The notes under the pieces are model-generated. The model was not told the origin of the DNA. It saw only the letters and a list, made by a program, of their open reading frames with translations, and ran no database searches. A DNA stretch of 64,000 bases from Azolla caroliniana (taxonomy: Eukaryota > Plantae > Polypodiophyta), in assembly GCA_043228905.1 (NCBI GenBank), contig JBHGNT010000020.1, positions 6,758,001-6,822,000 on the forward strand. The letters run 5' to 3'. Within the stretch, counting starts at the first letter, position 1, and every line of letters starts with the position of its first letter. Positions 37,902-50,127 of this stretch are shown piece by piece. Both the position numbers and the translations under genes were made by a program.

Positions 37902-38191
37902 GTTCGTCGGCACTGTTCTTCTCCCTTCCCATCCGGAGGGACCTGTCTCCCAACAGAGGTCAGCGCCCACGAACCCACACCCCCACCAGAAGAATCGGCC
38001 GCACCTAAGGCGGACGCCCGAGAAGATATCCCACCCCCGGACCAAACTCAACCCCCCGCACCGACAGTCCAACCAGACCACCCTGCCACCACCCCGGACC
38101 CCGAAAGCATCCTCGACATCTTAAAAGAGGAATGAAATGAGGATCACGCCTAAAAGGAAATTTTTGTAATATTGTTAGTATTTTGTAAGTC

Positions 38192-38231
38192 GTGGGTCCG
38201 ACGGACAAGGTCCTGTCCCACGGGCGTGCCA
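38192..38231 (+). other. tRNA-Arg 3'-half-like motif ending in CCA at the PPT position of D
   Basis: GTGGGTCCGA-CGGACAAGGTCCT-GTCCCACGGGCGTGCCA, 2 nt before the 3' LTR. Confidence 0.85.
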
Positions 38232-41200
38232 GGTGTTGTCCAGAGGACAGAAATGTAAAATTAGGAAATTAGCAAACGCCGAGTCCGAGTATCACGGGCC
38301 ACCGACGGCTCGGCTGTGTATTAGGGAAAAAGTTATTTAAACGAGGACCAGTACCTCAGAGAGGGAGAGAAGAAAAATATAGGCGGAAGCACTAGCTTAG
38401 TCCTTCGTAATTAGATAAACTTGTAAGGTCACCGGCCATAGGCCGTGTTCTGTAATCTTTTCTGTCATAGTAACATATCTGAGTTGTGCCCATTTTGCTG
38501 CATGAGTCTGTGCTTTGATCCATACCTATGAGTTCAACGCCGCCCACGTCTATCAAGACCTCGCTAGTGTTTTCTCTCTGAGCCCTGTATCTCTCTCGAT
38601 GCCTCTGTTACGAGCCTTCATGTTCCACGCCCTTGAAGACCGATAGCCGCAGATCTATCGAAGGTGTTCACCCAAAGGAACGGGTAACACAGAAGCTTTG
38701 TCTCGACTCCAGACCGGCCTGCGATGAGAAGCGGTTTCGACAAATCATTGGAAGCCTTATATATTTGACAATCACCCAACCCGACATCAGTTATCTAGTC
38801 GGCGTTATCAACCAATATATGTAGAAGCCGACAGTGGAGCACCTTCTGTGCGCGCATCGAATTTTGCGATATGTGAGCGTCACGAAGGACTGTGGACTGT
38901 TATACCGGCATGGTATAACCGAAGAGCTGGTCGGCTACACCGATGGCGACTGGGCCGGTGATGCATCGGATCGCCAATCCACCTCCGACTATATGTTTCG
39001 TGGAGGAGCAAAAAGTAGCCAACAGTGGCCCTTTCGTGCACTGAGGCTGTATACCGGGGCGCTACTGTTGCCACCCGTGAAGCCATTTGGCTTCGGCGAT
39101 TGCTGCAAGACCTACGGATCGAGGTGCCGACCCCGATCCTGATCTACTGTGACAACATAAGGAGCATGCAGCTCGCTAAGAACCCCGTATTCCATGCTCG
39201 CACAAAGCACATAGAAGTGCACTACCACTTCGTGCGTGAGCGTGTTTTGAGGGGTGAAGTTGAACTTCGGTATGTTCATACGAATTGGCAAGTTGCCGAC
39301 ATCTTTACCAAACTGCTCGGATCGGACAAGTTGCAGCACTACACCAAAATGCTTTGGTGTTTAGCATATCCACGTGCCATAGTTGAGGGGGAGAACAGGC
39401 AAAGACACTGGAACGGTCAAAGGCAAAGAAACGGCCGATTGCGCTGGTGAGGGAAGAACCGACAGAGGGAGAGACAAGAAGAAGAAAGGAGCCGAGTCGA
39501 CAAAGGAAGTTGACACATCGGAACAAGTTGGAACAAGCGGTAGTGGCGGCAGAGTCAAGAAGGACAGAGCCGACCAGAAGACGAAGGCCAAGACCTAGAC
39601 ATGGTCCGATGTGGTGAAGGGCCTGGAACCGGAAGATGAATCGGGAGCTACCGATTCAGACAAGAGCTGGAACGAATCGAAGATAGTCGATTCGGTTCAA
39701 CAGATGGATTCGGAAGAACCGGATCAATTCAAGGCCAAGAGGATGAGAAGGCAACAAAAGTCGACGCCAACACGAAGGAATCGGCGAATCGACAAGCGCC
39801 GAAGTCATAGCAGCAAGGGAGTTGATTTGGGCCTGTTGAGTAGACAAGCCGACCGAGGAGGTCGAGGTGCGCAGAAATAGAAGGGTCGCGGCAAAAGGGA
39901 CCGAACCGGACGAGGAGCGTGAGCGAGGCGGAGTGACGCCAAAACTATTATTGTTTTGAAATAGATTTAACTTGTTCTGTTCTTTCTCTGTCTCTCTTGC
40001 GTACTGTCAAGCTCTCCATTAAACCTGCGTTTCTGTGTTCGGTTTTCTGTTGCTTCCGCATGCTATTCGTTTTTACAGTGTGCGACCCCACACGGTTCCG
40101 ATAAAATGGTTGGGAGCCTTATTTATTTAACAATCACTTGGCTGAACCTCAGCTACCCGGTCAACCTGATTAGTCAATTCATGTCACATCCAAAGGCCGA
40201 ACACCTTTAGTGCGTGCAAAGGATATTGTGATGTGTCATCGGCACTAAGGACAGGGCGTTGTTGTATCGTGTAGGAGTAGCCACTAAGTTAATCGGCTAC
40301 ATGGACGCTGGTTGGGCCGGAAATGCCGATGATCGCAGGTCAACATCTGGGTTTGTGTTTTCATTGGGAAGCGTCACGATCGCCTGGAGTAGTAAAAAGT
40401 AGCCGACAGTGGCACTATCAAGCACTGAGGTCGAGTATCGAGGGGCGGCTGTCGTCACGTGTGAAGCCATTTGACTCAAAAGGCTACTAAAGGATTTGCA
40501 TGTAGAGCTGTCTGAGTTGATAGTCATATTCTATGACAACCTTAACAACATCCAGTTAGCGAAGAACTCTATCTTCCACGCCCGGACAAAGCACATCGAG
40601 GTGCACTATCATTTTTTCCGTGAGCGTGTCCTCTCCGGTGAAGTCGAACTAGTGTATGTTCCAACCGATTGGCAGGTTGCCGATATCTTCACCAAACCTC
40701 TTGGCCTGGAGAAGTTGCAGCAATTCTCGGGCATGCTTGGTATCTAGTGCCCTGATATGCCAAACTTGAGGGGGAGGAGTGAAGTAAAAAAGGAGAGAGA
40801 CAAAGTCTGAAGAAGAATCGAATCGGATGTAGAATTTGATTTTGGCATGACTGAAGAAGTCGGGATGTTCAGATCAGTTGGAGAAGCCGATGATGCATAG
40901 ATAGATGGAAGAAGATCGACTAAGAAGAGAATAGCCAAATGTGAGGGGAGCAGTCGAAAGAGAGAGCCGAAGCCGGAGCCAACCGAACCAAGGGGAAGTG
41001 AAGCCGAGAAGGGTAAGAAAGGCGGCAGGGTCGAAAAGGACAGAGCCAGCCGAGTGAAGGCCAAGACCAAGACATGGGCAGATGTGGTCAAGGGTTTGAA
41101 GGAGGAGGAATTGGAGAAAACCAATTCGGACAAAGCTTGAACGAATCGGAACTAACCGATTCGATCATGGGAGGTGATTCGGATGAGCCGAATTACACAA

Positions 41201-41438
41201 AGGCTAAGCGGACGAGGAGGCAACCGAAGTTGACGCCGACATGGAGGAGTCGACGGGTTGAGGGGCGCCAATACCATGACATCAAGGGAGCTAACAAGGT
41301 CCTTGGGAAGCAAACAAGCCGATTGTAAGGGCCGAGGTGTGCGGAACTAGACGGGTCAAGGAGGATCAGACCAAAGAGGTCGTGGAATGCAAGGCCAAAC
41401 TAGACGAGGAGCACAAACGAGGCATCAGGACGCCGTCG

Positions 41439-42442
41439 TGTGGTTTTTCACACATGATATGAAAACTAGTAAAATAATTATTTACGATTAGCTTAATATA
41501 TGGATATGGAAAGATAGATGTGTTCAAAAGCTTCATAGCGTATTTTACTACGCATAAAACGGATAAACAAGTATCAAGTTATGTGAGTGTGAAGTTTGAA
41601 GAAAAGAAAAGAAAAGACAAAACTGTGAGATATCCCACATAGATAGGACAACATTGGAACCCAGAAAATATAAGGGAAACCAAAACATATTCATTCTATC
41701 AATGTGTGGAGCATAGAATGTTGAAGGTGACTTGGGCTACACTATATGGTGTGCATGCTTCGGGCGTACGCGCGTGTGCATGGTTGCGTGGACGTCTTCA
41801 GATGTACGTGCACATGGACGTCTTCAGATGTCTTCAGATGTACGCACGTGTGCAAGTTTTGGGAGTACGCGTGGACACGTATGTGCGGACAAGCGCGCGG
41901 ACGCGTGTGTGCGCACATGCGCATACGTGGATGCGTACACTATGGCGCGGTCGAGACTTTTGTGTGCGGATGCGTACACGGTGCGGGTTGGACGTTCGTG
42001 CGCGTGGATGCGTATACTACGGCGCGATCGGGACGCGCGCATGCGTGGATGCGTACACTACTACGTGATCGGGACTTTTGTGTGTGAACACGTCTACGGT
42101 TTGGTTGCGACACACGTACGTATTGCGCACGGGCTAAACTTTATGGATGATTGTGTCATTTGGCCGAATTATACGGACAATTGCATGCAACCAAAAGCCA
42201 AGGCCATGCAACTAAAAGTAAAAGGCATGCATCTAAAAATGGAAGCATTGAACTAAAAGCAAAGGCCATGCAACTAAAAATAGAGGCCATCCAACTAAAA
42301 GTGGGCATGCAAAGTAACATTGGGGAGGAGGATCAACGAGGAGCTCGATATGTCTCATTTTTTTCCCTCCTAGTTTTTTTTTTCCCATCTTTCTTCTTCC
42401 CTCTCGGATTCGAGAAACAAATTATCTCACATATTAATATCA
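41439..42442 (-). repeat. Probable LTR related to 12092-12925, with ~300 bp of adjoining internal remnant to the right
   Basis: Shared blocks (GATATCCCA.ATAGATAGGA, GCCATGCAACTAAA); TG..CA ends; PPT-like GCTAGGAGTT adjacent on minus. Confidence 0.55.
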
Positions 42443-45400
42443 AACTCCTAGCTTTGTTTACTCGATCTTTCTGGTAAAAAATTATCTCTCGTATTCATAT
42501 TGAACCACTCCTTGCATGGTTGTTGGCTCCTTTCTTTGAAAAATTAATCTCTCATTTCCATACCCAACCCATTGTAACACGATTTTGAAATGATAAAGAA
42601 TCGATTTTCTTTTGCAATAAACGAATGATTTGTCTCTCCCACTTGTCTTATGTTTAAAACTTGCTTTTGTTGTACATGTTGCTCTAAATCCTTCTAGTCC
42701 AAAACCCCGACGGTTCCGTCTCACGATCCACACATAGTGACGGATTTTCACGAAAACGTGAGGAGAAGAGGTTGGAATGACAAACCAATTGGAATTGACA
42801 CGGAGGGACCTCAAGTTGAGCTTGAGGGGGAGTGTTGAGATACAAGCTCAACATGGGCCGAATCGGCTAAAGAAGCCGAGGGCTGAGAACTAGGAGCTGA
42901 ATCGAAGACAATTTGTCTCGGGTGGGCTGAGTCGGAAGAATTCCAAAAAGGCTGTTGAGGGCCTATATTCCTATTATGGTAGATAGGGATATTGTAGGCA
43001 GAATTAGTGTCAGGCTCATTTATGAGCATTCAAGTACCGACGATACTTGTGTTAGCCCACTAGTTAGGGGTTTGTATAAAAAGTGATCACTGAGCACAAT
43101 GTATTTACAGAGTGTTCATTATTCGAAATTGAAGTTGTTGTCTGCTCACTTTCTCTCACATCATTCTCTGTGTTTACCTAACTATTGAGTTTCCGAAATC
43201 AACTGTGTACTCAATGTCTATCGCAGATGCTTACGCATACGTATTATTTTTCTAAGCTTCAATAGTTGAGCGTAGAAGTGAGAGCAACAAAGAGTAGGAA
43301 GAGACGAGAGAGTGTGCGTAAGAGAGAGAGGCAGAGTTTAGTGGAATTCACCTAAACCCTAACTGGGTATTCTCTATTTTACAGAGACTTGTAAATCTTT
43401 CCATCGTACCTCTGTTCATAGTGAAAACTTGTTGTCCCGTGGTTTTTCCCATTTTTTAGGGTTTCCATGTAAATATTGTATACTGTGCATTCTCTGTTTG
43501 ATTTTCTAATTTTCAATTTTCGTGTTGTGTACTATTTTTGGTTTATCTTTCTCATAGATCTATGGTCCAACGTCAACAAACTAGTATCAGAGCTTGAGGT
43601 GCAAGAATGGAAGGAGACGTGAGCGGCTTCCCAGGTATGATAGTCCTAAACTCTCACAACTACTCTAACTGGAAGATGAAAATGGAAGATCTTCTAATAG
43701 TCAAAGATCTGTACGAACCCATCGACAAAAGTGAAATACCCACAGGGGTATTGAAGTTTGAAGGGAAACTTCTAAAAAGGAAGACAGTGACCACCATCAG
43801 ACAATGTGTAGATGTGAGTGTCCTACAACATGTGGTTAACGACACAAATGCCTACAAAATGTGGCACGAGCTGTCAGGGTTGTACGAGAGGAAGAATGCC
43901 CTGAACAAAACCTCTGTAATGAGAAAGATCGTGAGACTGAAGTACAAAGATGGAGAAAGCATCGTGGTGCACATTAACACCTTCATGGGGCTGGTGAATC
44001 AACTTGCAATGGAAATGTTCCCATTAGATGATGCTATGCAGGCTTTGTTATTGCTATGTACCCTGTCAAACAGCTGGGAGAACCTAGTGGTGTCTCTCAG
44101 TACCTCGTGCCAAGAAGAAAACTTGTGATTGCAAGTGGTAAAGACAAGTATCCTAAACGAGGAGACAAGATGGAAGGACAAGGGGGTCCTATCCCAGTTG
44201 GAGACACATATGACTCAAAATCCCAGTAGAGGTAGAAGTAAGCAAAGAAGTCCACAGAAGAGAGGAAAGATCACATGCTTTTACTACGAAAAGTCTGGAC
44301 ACTTCCAGAAGGACTGCCGACACCTTAAGAAAGACAAAAGGTGCTTTGAGTGATGTCGAACCCAGGAAGATTCCTAATGAGAAGGGCACTTCAGCTCTGG
44401 TTACAAGTGAAGAAGAGCTTTTGTTCATTTGCGAGCAAGCGAGTACAAACCTTGAAAATGAAGAGTGTACCTGGGTGTTGCTTCTCGTCCTACACAACTG
44501 GTGACTATGGCTATGTAAAGATCGGAGACAATGGAGAATGCAAGATATCCGGCATAGGAAGTGTAAGTATGACAACATTGATCGGTTCTCGGCTGACCCT
44601 GAGGGATGTTCGACATGTGCCAGATATTAGGCTGAATCTGATATCGATCGGAAGATTGGACGAAGAAGGCTACAATGGTCGTTTTCAAAATGACACGTGG
44701 AAGTTTTGTAAAGAAAGTCTCATAGTGGCCCGAGCACAAAAACATGGCCCTTTGTATGTGATGCATGCCAAGTTGTGCAAGGACGAAGCAAACATGGCAG
44801 CTGACTCGAGTGGAGAGATATGACACAAGAGGCTTGGCAACATGAGCAAGAGAGGCATGCATATCCTAGCTGACCAAAAACTTCTTCCATATGTAAAAGG
44901 AGTGCACTTGGAGAGATGTGTCGATTGCATGGTCGGAAAGAAAAATAGAATTGTGTTCCACTCGAGACCATCAAAGAGAAGAGAAGTTGCACTGGAACTG
45001 GTACAAACAGATGTGTGCTACGTGGATGCTCCATTGCATCGTGGTGGATAGTATTTCGTAATGTTTATTGATGACTACAGTCGAAAGTTTTGGGCTTTCG
45101 TACTAAAGTTGAAGGATCAAGTATTGTCGTTCTTCAAAGAGTTCCAAGCCAAAGCTAAAAGAGAGTCGGGTCGGAAGCGAAAGGTTGTCCAAACCGACAA
45201 TGGTGGCGAGTACCGAGGATAGTTCGAAGAATATTGCAAGTCCCAATGTATTCAGCTTGAATATACAATGCCTAAGACCCTTGAGCTGAATGGGCTTGAA
45301 GATAGGATGAATCAAACTATCATGGAAAGAGTGAGAAGCATGTTGTCACATGCAAAGCTGCTGAAATCGTATTGGGTTGAGGCAATGTACACGACTGTTT

Positions 45401-48400
45401 ATCTTATCAATAGGTCCCCATCAATGCCCCTGAAAGATGATGTCCCACACAGGGTGTGGATAGGTAAAGACATGTCCTATCAACACTTGAAGGTGTTTGA
45501 ATGTCTGGCATATATGCATGTAGTAGAGGATCAGAGGTTGAAGCTTGACAACAAGTCGAAACCATGCATATTCTTGGGGTACTCGGAGGATGAATTTAGC
45601 TACAAGTTGTGGTACTTAGTTGACAAGAAGGTGGTGAGGAGTTGAGACATCATGTTCTTGGAAGACAAGACAATTGAGGACTAGAAACAACAGAAGTCAG
45701 AATCGGCTTCCCAGTCGACTCCCACTACTATCACCTCAGGACTAGTCGATTCTACACAGTCGAAGGTCAGTAGAAAGCCAATAGACACAGCCAAATCCGA
45801 GCTGGTTGACTCGGAGCAACTGATTGATACATATGAGTCGGAGTCAATGGACCTACAGAAGCCGATTGAGGCATATGAATCGATCGACGTGTATGAACAC
45901 GAGCCGAGTGAAGAGTCGGCAGAGACATCCAAACCTAAGCTGGCAATGGGAGGTGCAAAGGAGAGAACCCTCATGATATGCCAGTCAATATGTTTTATTT
46001 ACCCGATGAAGATGAGCTAGAGTGCTACGAGGAGGCCATGGAAGACAAGTTCAAGGAGAAATGGCAGAGTGCAATGCAAGATGAGATGGACTCCTTGCAT
46101 GCAAATTACACCTATGATTTGGTGGAGCTTTCGAAAGGTAAGAGAGCCCTGTGGAACAAGTGGGTCTTCAAGCTGAAAAATGGGGAAGATGGAAACTCAC
46201 CCAGATAAAAGGCCTGAATCGTTGTGAAGGGGTTTCAATAGACGAAAGGGGTGATTTTGATGAGATCTTCACACTAGTCGTAAAGATGACATCCATTCGA
46301 ACAGTGCTAGGAATTGCTACCAGCATTAATATGGAGATAGAGCAATTGGATGTCAAGACAACATTCTTGCCTGGGGAATTAGACGAAGAGATCTATATTA
46401 AGTAGCCCGAAGACTTTGGGGAGAAAGGAAAAGAGAACCTGGTGTGTCGACTAAGGAAACACTTGTATGGTCTTAAACAAGCTCCACGCCAATGGTATAA
46501 GAAGTTCGAATCCTTTATGGTAGAACATGGGTTCCATAAAATACAAGCTAATGACTGTGTGTTTTTCAAAAGGTATAATGAAGGCGACTTCTTGATTCTC
46601 TTGCTATATGTTGACGACATGTTAGTGGTCAATCAAGATACAAGGAAGATTAGGAACTTGAAGAGAGCCCTAGGCAAGTCGTTTGCTATGAAAGATCTTG
46701 AACCGGCTAAATAGATCTTGGGGATGCACATAGTTCGAGACAATACTAACAATGTACTATGGTTGTCACAAGTGAAATATGTGTCAAAGATCTTGGAAAG
46801 ATTCAAAATGTTGGAAACAAAACTAGTCGGGTTTGCATTGCTGAAAAACTGTAAGTTGAATGCTAACAAATGCCCAAAATGGGAGAAGGATAAGGCTGAG
46901 ATGAGGAAAGTACCATATGCCTCGATTGTCGACAGTTTAATGTATGCTATGGTCTGTATGAAACCAGACATAGCGTTTGCAGTCGGAACAGTTACCCAAT
47001 ATATGAATAATCCAAGTCGAGAACACTAGGCAACAGTAAAGTGGATACACAGGTACTTGAAAGGCATCTGAAGGGTATGGCTTAGGTATGGGTTCAGAAA
47101 AACTATGCTTGAAGGTTTTACCGATTCAGATATGTCAAGGGATGTAGACTCAAGCTGATCCACATTAGGTTATATGATGACCTATGCAGGGGGAGCAGTG
47201 TCATGGCAGTCAAGACTACAAAAGACTATGACTTTGTCGACCATAGAGGCAGAATATATGGCTGTTGTAGACGTTGGTAAGGAGCTAATATGGATGAAGA
47301 GCTTTCTCAATGAATTGGGAATGAAGCAAGGAGAATTCTTGCTCCATTGTGATAGTCAGAGTGCCATACATCTAGCCAAGAATGTTGTGTATCACTCTCG
47401 GACCAAGCACATACAAGGAAGGTATCATTGGTTACGAGAGAAGGTGGATGAGGGAGAGTTTACTCTTGTGAAGATCCATACTGATGACAATGGATCCAAC
47501 ATGCGTACGAAACCACTACCTATGGACAAACTCAAAGTCTGTCGATAGAATATAGGGCTAGCCGGCTTTGCCCATAGGAGTGAAGTGGGAGTTTGTTAGG
47601 AATTGGTCCCCCCCTATGGGAGAAGTCGACAGTCAAAGTCAAGGAAAAAGTCGATAGTCGAATCAATGAGCCGAATATAGGCTGGTTAAATACACCCATG
47701 GCAAACCATTATGTCATGATGCGAGTTAGAGCTTCAATAGTTGAGTGCAGAAGAAAGAGCAACAGAGAGTAGGAAGAGACGAGAGAGTGCGTGAGAGAGA
47801 GAGAGAGGCAGAGTTTCGTGGAACTCGCCTAAACCCTAAGTGGTTATTCTCTGTTCATACATCTGTTCATAGTGAAAAATTTCCTTCGTACCTCTATTCA
47901 TAGTGAAAACTTGTTGTCCCATGGTTTTTCCCATTTTTTAGGGTTTCCACGTAAATATTGTGTACTGTGCATTCTCTGTTTGATTTTTTGTTTTTATATT
48001 TCCGCATTGTGCATTATTTTTGTTGAGATATCAAGCTCAACTAAGTTTAGTTATTTTGTCATATGCATAACTTAGTAGTTACACATATAGAATCTAGTTA
48101 GTGTATTGACTTCAAAGCCTTAAATAGGATTTTATGCTTGTACTTAAGAATGGATACATTCTAGATCCTCCACTACCGAGTACATTTAATATAGGACTTA
48201 CATCCTTGTACTTATATTCCATCACACATGTGCACCCTTGCACATGAGATGTATATATACCTCATGATGAGTATTTTTGGTTTTTGATGTCTTTTTAATA
48301 TAAGTAAGAGTTCCTTGAGCTACACTTGTTAATCATCCCCCATTTATCTTATTGTTCATAAGTGTAACTTCCTCTCTCACACATATCAAATAATCTTCCG

Positions 48401-49646
48401 CGGCTTAATAACATACATGATTAACTACTCACATAATTAGATACTAATTAAACCTTATTTAATTACCTAATTATTAACATGGTATCAGACCGTGTGGTTT
48501 CCAACATCCACTAAGCCCATCCGCCTCATAGTGATTGATTGTGTGTTGGAGACGCCAATGAAAAATCCACCTATTGTCATGACACAATGACGTCAAATAC
48601 ATAGTTGGTGAGGATTGAACTTGCAACCTCACATCTACAAGACTTCTTGCTCATCCATTTGGATATGAGAAGGTGTTTGTATATAATAGAGTATTGTATA
48701 TTCTACAATATATACATTCCAGAATATTCTAGAGCCTTTAGTGTATTCTAGAAATATTCTATGGTGTATTCTAGACGGGTATATTCTAGAGATATTCGTG
48801 AGGTATATTCTAGAGATACTCAATCTCAGTACTTGTATAAATACTTGTAACATTTTTGGTCCCTTTCAAGGGATTCAACACTAGCCATTGATTGATACAT
48901 CAATCTAGTATTCTCATTTCGCCCCATCTTGTCTCCTTGATCTTTATCTTTGTTTTCACGTTCTTGTCTCGTTCCTAGCTTTTTAAGTTCCATGCTCTTA
49001 GCCCCATTATCCGTGCTCCCAACTTCCCAAGTTTGTAGCCTCGTCACTTCTAGCTCTAAGTTCGTTGCCCATTGCTTGTAGACCCATCATCTGCTATCGT
49101 AGTGCCGCGACATAACACATGTACGTGACCGAAGGAAGACACTACATCAGCATGAACACACAAATGGGTAGCTCGCTCCCTAGTGAAAAGCTAGACCGGA
49201 GCAATTTCTGATCTTGGGAGTACAAGATGAACCAATACTTAGTCGGCCAAGGGTATTGGAGCTACATCAATGATACCCTCAAAAATAAACCCATCATCCC
49301 AAACGCCAACTACCCAACATGGGAGCAAGGGGTGAGTCGGGTGATGTACTATTTGGCAAAATATATACATTTTAGAATATTCTAGAGCCTTTAGTGTATT
49401 GTAGAAATATTCTATGGTGTATTCTAGACGGGTATATTCTAGAGATATTTGTTAGGTATATTCCAGAGATACTCAATCTCAGTACTTGTATAAATACTTG
49501 TAACATTTTTGGTCCCTTTCAAGGGATTCAACACCAGGCATTGACACATCAATCTAATATTCTCATTGTCATGATCCTTTAGATGCATGATGTGAGTGTT
49601 ATCATGACAAAATGTGGAAGACGAGAACTTGTTAGGGTTTGTGGAA

Positions 49647-49723
<77 letters not shown>

Positions 49724-50127
49724 TTGAAAGAGAATTACTATATTGAAGAGTAAAATGGATTACAAAGAGTAGGCTACAAAATGGCGTTGAACCAATTTAG
49801 GTTTGGGATGAGTGGTAGATCCCTATTTATAAGTAATAGAGAACACTCTAGAATATTCTAGGTTACCCTAGAATGTAGAGTAATCTAGAAGATCTCTAGA
49901 GTATTCTAGTGGTATGGAACACTCTAGAATATTCTACGTCATTCTAGAATGTAGAGTAATATAGAATATTCCTATGATATTAGATTTTATATTCTAAAAA
50001 CTATACATATAAGAATACTAATACAATGGTTAAGGATTTGACATGTGTACAATAAGGTTGTGTGTTCAAATCCTTTCCAGTCATAACGTGAGTGTCATGA
50101 TCCTTTCGATGCATGATGTGAGTGTTA

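Larger units (their letters stand above)
32088..37955 (-). mobile_element. Full-length Copia K2 (Tnt1/Tork-like)
   Basis: TSD GAGGT; LTRs 32088-32956 and 37029-37955; PBS-Met 37015-37026; PPT (minus AGGGGGAGTT) 32957-32966. Confidence 0.97.
17681..38689 (+). mobile_element. Full-length non-chromovirus Ty3/Gypsy element D with extra ORF; hosts F and K2
   Basis: 456-bp LTRs 17681-18136 and 38234-38689; TSD CAGAA; domain order gag-PR-RT (FLDDF)-RH-IN-aORF. Confidence 0.96.
13613..40077 (+). mobile_element. Copia element C (same lineage as E and H), interrupted by D; 3' LTR partly deleted
   Basis: TSD GTGTG (13608-13612, 40078-40082); 5' LTR 13613-14018; PBS TGGTATCAGAG 14019-14029; 3' LTR remnant 39943-40077. 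Confidence 0.93.
12926..43252 (+). mobile_element. Degenerate Copia element E (5'-truncated): RT 12926-13612, RT/RNase H resuming at 40083, probable 3' LTR from 42833
   Basis: YKARLVAKGY, LLLYVDDLV, MKDLGDLHYFLG, HARTKHIEVHYH; PPT GAGGGGGAG 42824-42832; LTR start TGTTGAGATACAAGCTCAAC resembles the C LTR. Confidence 0.8.

Noticed and set aside
41706-42256. Overlapping Cys/Arg/Val-rich ORFs
   Set aside because: Stop-poor low-complexity DNA with no domain signal.
42482-42814. Chromodomain-like LQWVGYGNE peptide
   Set aside because: Too short and degenerate to call.
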